DNA of 64,000 nucleotides. Source: Minisyncoccota bacterium. Lineage in GTDB: Bacteria > Patescibacteriota > Minisyncoccia > Phycocordibacterales > UBA9973. The notes below the pieces were generated by a model. It saw only the letters and a program-made list of their open reading frames with translations. It did not search any database and was not told where the DNA came from. The position numbers and the translations under genes are program-made. Position 1 is the stretch's first letter. Every line of letters begins with the position of its first letter. Location: positions 124,029-188,028 of the forward strand of contig DASWWS010000002.1 of assembly GCA_036405895.1 (NCBI GenBank). Direction: 5' to 3'. Positions 1 to 6,622 of this stretch are shown here, piece by piece.

Positions 1-207
1 GCTCTTTCCGCGCAAAGACGCATTCATGTCCATCATCATAGTTGCCATGTCTGAGCCGTCATTGTGCATCATAGTGCCGTCGGGCATCCTATGCTGCCCC
101 TGGTTAACGGCCAAAGATGCAGTATCCCCGCCCCAGATAATAAATCCTGCGAATACGCCGATAATAAGAGCTCCAAGTGCGCTGAATAGTGTTGTATGAT
201 TTTGCAT
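1..207 (-). CDS. DUF305-like metal-homeostasis protein, N-terminal part (gene continues beyond window start)
   Basis: ATG (rc) at 205-207. A TM helix is followed by an H/M-rich stretch, HRMPDGTMMHNDGSDMATMMMDMNASLRGKS, resembling DUF305 N-termini. Truncated, so absent from the ORF track. Confidence 0.5.
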   Translation of the reverse strand, partial: MQNHTTLFSALGALIIGVFAGFIIWGGDTASLAVNQGQHRMPDGTMMHNDGSDMATMMMDMNASLRGKS

Positions 208-248
208 ATTTTTAGAAGTTAAATAAATAATAAAAGAGCTTTTAAGGA

Positions 249-620
249 CTATGGCGCCTTGGGGTGAAGAATGCCTTGAGAAAAAAGGGTTGTTATGAAA
301 TTTTCACGACATGGCCTCGCATAGTAGCGATTCCTCGCAAGGTTCGGTGGATGAAGCAGTATGAAAAAGGAGACAAAAAAGAGTGGAACAAGAAGAAGCA
401 CTAGCTCCCCAACGGTTCCCGTTATAAGGTTTTTCCATGACACGACATGCTCCGTAAAATTCATTGCACAAAGAGAATGCTGTCCAACCATGAAGGGGCA
501 GTTACTCATGGAGCCCGTTGAGTGCTGATGGAGATATCCCGTAGCAAGAAGGCCGAATACGGCAAGGAATACATACCCTGCCAGAGCGAACGGTGCGACT
601 GTTTGCCTTAAAGCGTTCAT
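249..620 (-). CDS. hypothetical membrane protein with Cys/His/Met motifs (CPFM...H..C.M...H), possible metal handling
   Basis: ORF 249..626. Start moved to the ATG at 620, which sits 6 nt after TGATACAAT. Two or three TM segments. Adjacent to the DUF305 gene. Confidence 0.5.
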   Translation of the reverse strand: MNALRQTVAPFALAGYVFLAVFGLLATGYLHQHSTGSMSNCPFMVGQHSLCAMNFTEHVVSWKNLITGTVGELVLLLVPLFFVSFFILLHPPNLARNRYYARPCRENFITTLFSQGILHPKAP

Positions 621-657
621 ATTCAAATTGTATCAGAAAAAAGAGTGTTTTCTTCAG

Positions 658-1110
658 TTACCACGCCGGATTCATATTTACTCCGAAACAAGACCAATAC
701 GGTGCATTGCTGTTGCACCCGGTATTTGGTTTTCCTTCAAAGTGCACGAACACCACATATCCTTGGCGATCTACCGTTGTCGCATATTGCATGCCGCAAT
801 TGGTTCCTAAAGGATCTACAGGATATGTAGGCAGGAGATTATTGGTCACCAGCGACTGCATAAAGTTATTATTAACAACCGTATACCCTTCGGTTCCCAC
901 ACATTCGTTTTCAGTGATGGGAGGATATGCGCCGTAGGTGTCATAATAGAACTCAAGCGCCGTCTGGATCTGCTTCATATCGGCGAGACGCCTTGTGTCC
1001 CGTGCTTTCACTCGAGCACTGTTGAGGCTCGCCATCACAACGGATGCCAAAATACCGATCACTGCGATGACTACAAGAAGTTCAATAAGAGTGAGCCCGC
1101 GGTTTTTCAC
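658..1110 (-). CDS. type IV pilin-like protein (prepilin N-terminal methylation motif)
   Basis: N-terminus MKNRGLTLIELLVVIAVIGILASV is a class III signal. GTG start 6 nt after TATACT. Paralog of 16537, 17000 and 17546. Confidence 0.85.
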   Translation of the reverse strand: MKNRGLTLIELLVVIAVIGILASVVMASLNSARVKARDTRRLADMKQIQTALEFYYDTYGAYPPITENECVGTEGYTVVNNNFMQSLVTNNLLPTYPVDPLGTNCGMQYATTVDRQGYVVFVHFEGKPNTGCNSNAPYWSCFGVNMNPAW

Positions 1111-1156
1111 AAAAGCAGTATACCGCAGCTTTGGGGGTTGTGGCAGTTTAGAGCCT

Positions 1157-1777
1157 TTATTCAGCAGGAGTGAAGAAGTAAACCGTTTTAAACATTACAA
1201 GTTCTTCATACATTTCATTTTCTACAACGTATTCTTTTCCAAACTGGTTTAGTTCGCTTAAATCAAAATTCTTTGGTATTTGCATTACGACTTTTTCAAA
1301 ATGTTTAAATGCAAGATCAAGTATTTCCTTTCCGGAAGGACTAAAATCTTCGAGAGTAAATTTCTCTTTTTGAGAATAATCAGGTCCGCCCCACGGTGGG
1401 GCTATGAACACTGCTTCCGCCTGAAGCTTTGGGGCTTCTTGGAAGTAGTCGCCAGTGATAAAAGTTACCTTGTCTTCAAGGCCATACACTCTAAGATTGT
1501 TTTTTGCCATTTCAATTCTTTGAGAATCAATTTCGATAGCATAGACATGCTCTGCGTGCTTTGCAAAACCGATTGTATTCCCTCCTATTCCGCAAAAGCC
1601 ATCTACTACAGTTCGAGCTCCGGTCTTTCGAGCATTCTTATCCGCAATATCTTCCGGTCCTACAGAATACAACCCTTCAATATCCGTCTGAATCCCCTCG
1701 TCAAATTTACTGAACTTGTTATATCTTCTGTCCCAGTATTTTTGATATTTTTCTCCAAAAGGATTTTCCTGTTTCAT
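1157..1777 (-). CDS. Tgs1-like RNA (cap) guanine-N2 methyltransferase family protein
   Basis: VVDGFCGIGGNTIGFA SAM motif, VYAIEID, and FIAPPWGGPDY match the Tgs1/PF09445 pattern. Start set at the internal ATG 1777 (TGGTATACT-N6-ATG); the longer ORF overlaps a repeat. Confidence 0.75.
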   Translation of the reverse strand: MKQENPFGEKYQKYWDRRYNKFSKFDEGIQTDIEGLYSVGPEDIADKNARKTGARTVVDGFCGIGGNTIGFAKHAEHVYAIEIDSQRIEMAKNNLRVYGLEDKVTFITGDYFQEAPKLQAEAVFIAPPWGGPDYSQKEKFTLEDFSPSGKEILDLAFKHFEKVVMQIPKNFDLSELNQFGKEYVVENEMYEELVMFKTVYFFTPAE

Positions 1778-1798
1778 ATGTATAGTATACCAAAAGAG

Positions 1799-1950
1799 TT
1801 TGCGGAGTTTCGGTTTATAGTCGCTGTCGTTAAGAGACGAATAAATCGCTTGCGGAGGCATTATGTAGTCGCTAACGCTTCTTATAATGCACTGCGCAAA
1901 ATATGGTCGTATCTTCGATACTCCCTATTTTGCGGGCGTTGTGGCAGGAT
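1799..1950. repeat. ~130-150 bp intergenic module, copy X (paralog of 3351-3500)
   Basis: Long near-identical stretch, cgcttgcggaggcattatRtagtcgctRacgctYcttataatgcactgcgcaaaatatggtcg...cctattttgcgg, shared with 3351-3500. Contains internal TGCGGAG(G)/TAGTCGCT sub-repeats. Confidence 0.85.
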
Positions 1951-1970
1951 GTTGGAACTTATTTAAGCAA

Positions 1971-2447
1971 CTACTCTTCTTTAAATATTCTAGAGTAATC
2001 AGACAACCCGGTATCTTTTAAGTCTTCTTCGATTAAATTCTTCGCTAAATCAAAATTTACAACAAAGCATAAAACTTCCATCGTACCACCCCCAATACTT
2101 CCTCCGTCACAATGACCCAAACCTCTCCATCCGAGAAATTCATTCATCCTACTTTCCAGATTGTGTCGCTTAGTCAAATCATTTTCTGATTCTATTTCAT
2201 CAACCTTGTATTCAATAACAAGCCTTTCTAAAAGTTCATCTGCTACTTCAGTATATCCCTCAATTATTTTCTGATCGTATTCTTTTTGAACTTCTTTTTT
2301 AAAACTTGAGAATATTCCTGAGCTGATTTCTCTCGATTGACCTTCTTCGCCAACCTTACCCCAATGAATAATTCCTGCTCTACCGCTTTTATCCCAAGTT
2401 TCCCAATAGAGTAAGCCGTCTCCAGTTTCTTTATATAGTTTTTCCAT
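1971..2447 (-). CDS. WGR-domain-like protein with uncharacterised C-terminal domain
   Basis: N-terminus LLYWETWDKSGRAGIIHWGKVGEEGQ resembles the WGR motif. TGATATAAT-N6-ATG promoter. AT-rich gene. Confidence 0.6.
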   Translation of the reverse strand: MEKLYKETGDGLLYWETWDKSGRAGIIHWGKVGEEGQSREISSGIFSSFKKEVQKEYDQKIIEGYTEVADELLERLVIEYKVDEIESENDLTKRHNLESRMNEFLGWRGLGHCDGGSIGGGTMEVLCFVVNFDLAKNLIEEDLKDTGLSDYSRIFKEE

Positions 2448-2531
2448 GACAAAATTATATCACGGTATAGCTGCGGGCGTTGTGGCAGAAGTTAGAATCT
2501 TTTTAATCAATTCCAAATTCTAATAACCTTT

Positions 2532-3329
2532 CTATTTAAAAACCGTATCAATCTCTTTCACCAACCAGCTTCCGAGATTCTCTAGAGTATCCACTATTGT
2601 ATTTTTGTCAGAAGTTGGATTAACGGCAAGCTCTAACGCTTTGTACATTTCTTCCTTTTTCTCTGGATAGTATTTTGAGAATTCTTCATAACAAGGATAG
2701 AGGTCGCGTGTGTATTTCTGGGACCGTTCCATCACAAGCTCAAACCCTGAACGTATAATACGCTTCATAATCCAAGTACATCGACGCTTTATCTCTTCTT
2801 CACTACGCTCTTCTTGCAACCACTCTTTCGTCTTATTGATTTCTCGTTCGATGCCTTCAAAATGTTGAGCTGTATCTACGCCCGGCTTTAGAGCCGGAAG
2901 AGTACTAAAAAGATTGTTACCGTACACGCAGATACTTTGGGTCTTGATCATTATTCGATCCCCTTTCGAGTCTGGTATCTCTTCAAGTGGTACGACGCCT
3001 ATTTCTACTCCGACTATAAATGGAAATTGTTTCTTTACTTTTTCTACAAAATCTTTTGACCATTGGATATCAACGTCATCGTATGACACTGTAACAACAG
3101 CGAAACTGTCTATGTCGGAGATGTTGTTTATCGCTTGCCCCTTCGCTACCGAACCTCTTATATAGACACTGTGCAAATGTTCACCAAGGTGTTTTTGATA
3201 TGCATCTTTGACCATTTCAACCGCGGGCATCCATGCCGCCTGAATCTTTTCTGGTGATGTAGTATTGACGATAAAACCATCGGTATCAGTTTGCAAAAAT
3301 GATCCAATGGCTTGTACTTCGTTTTTCAT
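2532..3329 (-). CDS. Pol-beta superfamily nucleotidyltransferase (ANT/KNTase-like)
   Basis: RGSVAKGQAINNISDIDSFAVV is a GS-x(9-13)-DxD NTase motif, followed by a helical C-terminal domain. Start at ATG 3329 (TGATACAAT-N6-ATG); the track start at 3335 is TTG. Confidence 0.75.
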   Translation of the reverse strand: MKNEVQAIGSFLQTDTDGFIVNTTSPEKIQAAWMPAVEMVKDAYQKHLGEHLHSVYIRGSVAKGQAINNISDIDSFAVVTVSYDDVDIQWSKDFVEKVKKQFPFIVGVEIGVVPLEEIPDSKGDRIMIKTQSICVYGNNLFSTLPALKPGVDTAQHFEGIEREINKTKEWLQEERSEEEIKRRCTWIMKRIIRSGFELVMERSQKYTRDLYPCYEEFSKYYPEKKEEMYKALELAVNPTSDKNTIVDTLENLGSWLVKEIDTVFK

Positions 3330-3350
3330 GTCCAAATTGTATCATGGGAA

Positions 3351-3500
3351 AGCTGCGGAGGTGGGTTTATAGTCGCTCTCGCTAAAAACAGAGTGGGTCG
3401 CTTGCGGAGGCATTATATAGTCGCTGACGCTCCTTATAATGCACTGCGCAAAATATGGTCGCACCTACGGTGCTTCCTATTTTGCGGAGGATGTGAGACG
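3351..3500. repeat. ~130-150 bp intergenic module, copy Y (paralog of 1799-1950)
   Basis: Same sequence as copy X, ending in TTTGCGGAGGATGTGAGA. That end duplicates the 3' end (rc) of tRNA-Ser at 3694-3708. Confidence 0.85.
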
Positions 3501-3648
3501 CTGAGCTATTCGCCCGCGAGTCTTTGTTTGATCAGTCACCAAACAAAGCTCTGGGCACCGGCTCAGTAGATTCTTCTGCTGAAGAATCATACTTCCGCCG
3601 TTCTCATCTCAACGTAAACCAAAGCAGTTTGGTTTACTCATCCTCCGC
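3484..3648 (-). ncRNA. tRNA-Ser-derived structured RNA, copy A (unclassified)
   Basis: The ends reproduce the neighbouring tRNA: 5' GGAGGAT and 3' TCTCACATCCTCCGC. There is a closing stem of about 12 bp. Hairpins TAAACCAAA/TTTGGTTTA, GATTCTTC-AGCA-GAAGAATC and CTTTGTTTG/CAAACAAAG are present. The core is shared with copy B. Strand is inferred from sense identity to the tRNA. Confidence 0.55.
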
Positions 3649-3652
3649 GAAT

Positions 3653-3688
3653 AAAAATGGCCCAGATTTCTCTGGGACGCATTTTTAT
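3653..3688. terminator. bidirectional hairpin with A-run and T-run between element A and tRNA-Ser
   Basis: AAAAATG-G-CCCAGA-TTTC-TCTGGG-ACG-CATTTTT. The equivalent hairpin at 4539-4575 has a different, compensating stem (CCGAC/GTCGG). Confidence 0.7.
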
Positions 3689-3693
3689 ACTCG

Positions 3694-3779
3694 CGGAGGA
3701 TGTGAGATTCGAACTCACGGGCCTTTAAGGGGCCGACGGTTTAGTAAACCGTTGATTTAAACCACTCATCCAATCCTCC
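3694..3779 (-). tRNA. tRNA-Ser, class II, apparent anticodon ACU
   Basis: Manual cloverleaf: acceptor GGAGGAT/ATCCTCC, anticodon arm ACGGT-TTACTAA-ACCGT, long variable arm, T-arm GTGAG-TTCGAAT-CTCAC, discriminator G. No encoded CCA. Confidence 0.8.
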
Positions 3780-3835
3780 AGGACACCAATAAGTGTTTTG
3801 ATATCCTACCATACTCGCCTAAATAGAAAAGAAAA

Positions 3836-3866
3836 CAGCCTAACGAGGACCGTCCTCGTTAGGCTG
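3836..3866. terminator. palindromic hairpin (GGAC-N-GTCC family), bidirectional terminator
   Basis: CAGCCTAACGAGGACCGTCCTCGTTAGGCTG, flanked by an A-run and a T-run. Lies downstream of the DoxX gene. Confidence 0.75.
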
Positions 3867-3880
3867 TTTTTAAGTACGTA

Positions 3881-4312
3881 TTAGTACTGAGGCTGAGGCT
3901 CGTGCTTCATCAAGCGCATCAGGTGCGAAAGCGAGTATCGGCCGGGACCCTGCACCAAAAGCGGGATGAGGGCTGCAATGAATACGAGGTTCACTTCCCA
4001 TCCGCCGAGGAATTCCATGTTCATCAAATTCTTTACAACAAATGCAGCAACAATCATGACAATAATAAGGAGGAATGAAACAATCTCGGTTCCAATACCC
4101 ACAATGAGCGCCAGACCGCCGATTGTTTCAACAAGCGTCACAATCCATGCCATGAGTCCCGCAAGCGGGAATCCCCATGCAACGAAGCCTTCCGTTACCG
4201 CCTCAATCCCCATGTTGAACTTCTGCAAGCCATGAAGGAAGAAAGCAATACCGACAATAATGCGGACAATCAACAGCGCTGTATTTATTTTGCCTTTGAA
4301 TATATTTCTCAT
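3881..4312 (-). CDS. DoxX family membrane protein
   Basis: Four TM helices. LLIVRIIVGIAFFLHGLQKF is a DoxX-type N-terminus. TGATACACT-N7-ATG. Confidence 0.8.
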   Translation of the reverse strand: MRNIFKGKINTALLIVRIIVGIAFFLHGLQKFNMGIEAVTEGFVAWGFPLAGLMAWIVTLVETIGGLALIVGIGTEIVSFLLIIVMIVAAFVVKNLMNMEFLGGWEVNLVFIAALIPLLVQGPGRYSLSHLMRLMKHEPQPQY

Positions 4313-4348
4313 GTACTAAAGTGTATCACTGATAGGTATAACAGAAAA

Positions 4349-4371
4349 CTAGCAAGGACGGTCCTTGCTAG
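4349..4371. terminator. palindromic hairpin (GGAC-N-GTCC family)
   Basis: CTAGCAAGGACGGTCCTTGCTAG followed by TTTTTT. Identical 23-mer at 28059-28081. Confidence 0.7.
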
Positions 4372-4383
4372 TTTTTTATTTTT

Positions 4384-4534
4384 GCGGAGACGGCGAGAAT
4401 TTCTCCCTCGCCTCTCGTTGTGTCAGACACACTTCCTCGGGCTGGTCACCAGCTCAGTAGATTTCTTTGCTAAGAAATCATACTTCCGCTGTTCGAATCT
4501 CACCCGCAATGCAGTTTGCATTGCTCGTCTCCGC
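4384..4534 (-). ncRNA. tRNA-Ser-derived structured RNA, copy B (unclassified)
   Basis: 5' GGAGACG and 3' CTCGCCGTCTCCGC are identical to the adjacent tRNA-Ser(GCU). The T-stem GCGAG/CTCGC is retained with a 9-nt loop. Hairpins CAATGCA/TGCATTG and GATTTCTT-AGCA-AAGAAATC covary with copy A. Confidence 0.55.
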
Positions 4535-4538
4535 GAAT

Positions 4539-4575
4539 AAAAATGGCCCGACATTAGGTCGGACTCATTTTTATA
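4539..4575. terminator. bidirectional hairpin with A-run and T-run between element B and tRNA-Ser
   Basis: AAAAATGG-CCGAC-ATTAG-GTCGG-ACTCATTTTT. Confidence 0.7.
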
Positions 4576-4579
4576 CTCG

Positions 4580-4664
4580 CGGAGACGGCGAGATTCGAAC
4601 TCGCGAGGCTGTGACACCTGCCTCCTTAGCAAGGAGGTACAATCGACCACTCTGACACGTCTCC
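4580..4664 (-). tRNA. tRNA-Ser (anticodon GCU)
   Basis: Acceptor GGAGACG/CGTCTCC, anticodon arm CCTCC-TTGCTAA-GGAGG, long variable arm, T-arm GCGAG-TTCGAAT-CTCGC, discriminator G. Confidence 0.85.
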
Positions 4665-4725
4665 AGTACCGCCACTGTATCATGAAAATACAGTTTTTTA
4701 AAGACTACCCTGCTATACTCTATAC

Positions 4726-5025
4726 ATGACCACTACACACAAAGTACTTGTTGGAATTCTTATCATTATTGTTATTGCGCTTCTTGCGCGCTACGTTGTT
4801 TTTAAAGAAAAGTTCGATGAATGGGGTGCAGGACTCCAGCGTATTGAAGACTGGCAGACTGAGTACAAGCAAAAGAACCCAAATGCTTCCAAAGAAGAAA
4901 TGGATGCTGCATTTGAAGCTGGCATGGACAACATCACTGAGTGGAAAGCAGAGTATAAGCGCGATAATCCAGGCGCGACAGATGCCGAGGCGGATGCTGC
5001 ATTTTCCGCAATGTGGAATAACTAA
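4726..5025 (+). CDS. small membrane-anchored protein with tandem W-x-x-EYK-x-x-NP...DAAF repeats
   Basis: N-terminal TM helix, then two copies of a motif of about 28 aa. TGCTATACT-N6-ATG. Confidence 0.65.
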   Translation: MTTTHKVLVGILIIIVIALLARYVVFKEKFDEWGAGLQRIEDWQTEYKQKNPNASKEEMDAAFEAGMDNITEWKAEYKRDNPGATDAEADAAFSAMWNN

Positions 5026-5041
5026 TTCTATTTACTGATAT

Positions 5042-5626
5042 ATGCAACCAACCGGAAAAATTCGACTTGAGGCATTCAGCGACGGAGTATTCGCTATTGC
5101 CATCACGCTCCTTGCGCTCGAGCTCCATGTCCCCGCCTTTCTTGGGACCACTTTCTTAGGTTCTCTCCACGAACTCATCCCACTGATTCCTTCAATGCTC
5201 ACCTTTGTACTCTCATTTATCACCATTGCAATCTTTTGGGTCAATCACCACCAGCTCACCCAAAACTTTAGCACCATCACCAAGCGGCGCATTCTTTGGT
5301 CAAATATCCTCTTTCTCCTCTTCTTAACCCTCATCCCCTTTGTTACCGCTGCCGTAAGCATCAGCCCGACTGCGCCCTTAGCAGTATTCTTCTACAGTTT
5401 AGTATTGCTTGGTTCATCGCTCTCCTTCACCCTTATGCGCTATTTTGTGCACAAAGGCTGCGGCCAAAGCCATATCCCCATGACCCGTAGCCTCATTGGA
5501 CCAATCGTGTACCTCCTTGCGGTTATTGCTTCGATTTTTTCAGTCTGGATTGCCTATTTTCTCCTTGCTATCCCGGCATTATTCTATTTCCTCCCAAAAG
5601 GGAGCCTCAAAGAGACAGATGAGTAG
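5042..5626 (+). CDS. TMEM175/DUF1211 family potassium channel-like protein
   Basis: RLEAFSDGVFAIAITLLALEL signature and six TM helices. Confidence 0.8.
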   Translation: MQPTGKIRLEAFSDGVFAIAITLLALELHVPAFLGTTFLGSLHELIPLIPSMLTFVLSFITIAIFWVNHHQLTQNFSTITKRRILWSNILFLLFLTLIPFVTAAVSISPTAPLAVFFYSLVLLGSSLSFTLMRYFVHKGCGQSHIPMTRSLIGPIVYLLAVIASIFSVWIAYFLLAIPALFYFLPKGSLKETDE

Positions 5627-5727
5627 TCCCCATATCTATTTTTACTCAGTCGTGTTATAGTGGAAAAGTTGTAATGTGCTCCTTTGTTAAAGGTCCGTTG
5701 CAAAATAATAGTAAGTAACAACCAATA

Positions 5728-6027
5728 ATGAACAATAAAGTATTCGTCGGTAGCCTCTCATTCAATACCGACCAGAATGGATTAGCAGCATACTTCGCTT
5801 CAGTCGGCACTGTAACAAGTGCAAACATCATCACTGATAAGATGACTGGACGCAGCAAAGGTTTCGGCTTCGTAGAATTTTCTTCTGACGCTGAAGCTCA
5901 GGCTGCTGTTGATAAACTCAACAACACTGAACTCGACGGCCGCACACTTTTCGTTGACCTTGCACAGCCTCGCGCTGACAAGCCAGCAGGTGGCAACCGC
6001 GAGCGCACTGGTGGCTACAACCACTAA
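5728..6027 (+). CDS. RRM-type RNA-binding protein
   Basis: RNP-2 VFVGSL and RNP-1 KGFGFVEF motifs, with a Gly/Arg-rich tail. Confidence 0.9.
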   Translation: MNNKVFVGSLSFNTDQNGLAAYFASVGTVTSANIITDKMTGRSKGFGFVEFSSDAEAQAAVDKLNNTELDGRTLFVDLAQPRADKPAGGNRERTGGYNH

Positions 6028-6117
6028 TCCTCCAAAAAACCAGTCTTCGGACTGGTTTTTTGTTTGCACAGGTTTTTCTATTATTTTCCTTCCCTTGCCG
6101 TGATACACTACTTATAC

Positions 6118-6600
6118 ATGAATCGACACATCATCAAAAACACGCTCTTTGCACTGGTCAGTATCATTTTTCTTCTCAGCGCTATAGGAAAGTTTGCCGA
6201 CCGCGAGGCAATTGTCGAACTCTTTGCCAATGCTGGCATGGCAGACTATCTTATCCGCTTTGCAGTGATACAGCTGATTATTGTTGCGTGCCTGTGGTAC
6301 AAGCCGCTTCGCAGTCTTGGGGTATTGGTTGCAAGCGCATTCCTCGGAGGGGTGATTGTCATGATGATTAACACAGACTGCAGCCCTCTCTCGGCAGGAC
6401 TCACACTTATCATGCTGTGGATCGCGTACAAGCTTGAATGGTGGGGATACTGGAATCACTACACTGACACCTGTTCCTGCGGGTGGTGCAAGCTCCATGG
6501 AAAAGGGAAGGGCAAAAAAGCCGTCTGCCCCAATCCAAAAGACGAATGCGACTGCGGCAACCACTGTAAATGCCCCAAGGGCAAGTGCACCTGTTCGTAA
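6118..6600 (+). CDS. DoxX-like membrane protein with Cys-rich metallothionein-like C-terminal tail
   Basis: Four TM helices, then CSCGWCKLHGKGKGKKAVCPNPKDECDCGNHCKCPKGKCTCS. Start at ATG 6118 (TGATACACT-N8-ATG). Confidence 0.7.
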   Translation: MNRHIIKNTLFALVSIIFLLSAIGKFADREAIVELFANAGMADYLIRFAVIQLIIVACLWYKPLRSLGVLVASAFLGGVIVMMINTDCSPLSAGLTLIMLWIAYKLEWWGYWNHYTDTCSCGWCKLHGKGKGKKAVCPNPKDECDCGNHCKCPKGKCTCS

Positions 6601-6622
6601 TTGTGCGCTACAATAAAAGAAT

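Noticed and set aside
1280-1966. 228-aa plus-strand ORF whose C-terminus (…RLRRHYVVANASYNALRKIWS…) resembles the 3312..3569 ORF product
   Set aside because: The apparent protein similarity only reflects the duplicated ~130 bp DNA module. The rest of the ORF is antisense to the Tgs1-like gene. There is no consistent start or frame outside the repeat.
3484-3648. Reading the elements as plus-strand tRNAs; the central hairpin loop contains GCT and the ends form an acceptor-like stem on either strand
   Set aside because: No D-arm or T-arm can be drawn on the plus strand, and the GCT sits in a 4-nt loop on an 8-bp stem. Sense identity of both termini to the neighbouring tRNA favours the minus strand. 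One G-T pair in copy B (GGCTGG/CCAGCT) would favour plus, so the strand remains uncertain and is flagged as such.
3312-4683. ORFs 3312..3569, 3524..3760, 4232..4540, 4423..4683 and 4467..4655
   Set aside because: They run through tRNA genes, terminator hairpins and the structured RNA elements. Conservation between the two loci follows RNA helices (compensatory changes), not a reading frame.
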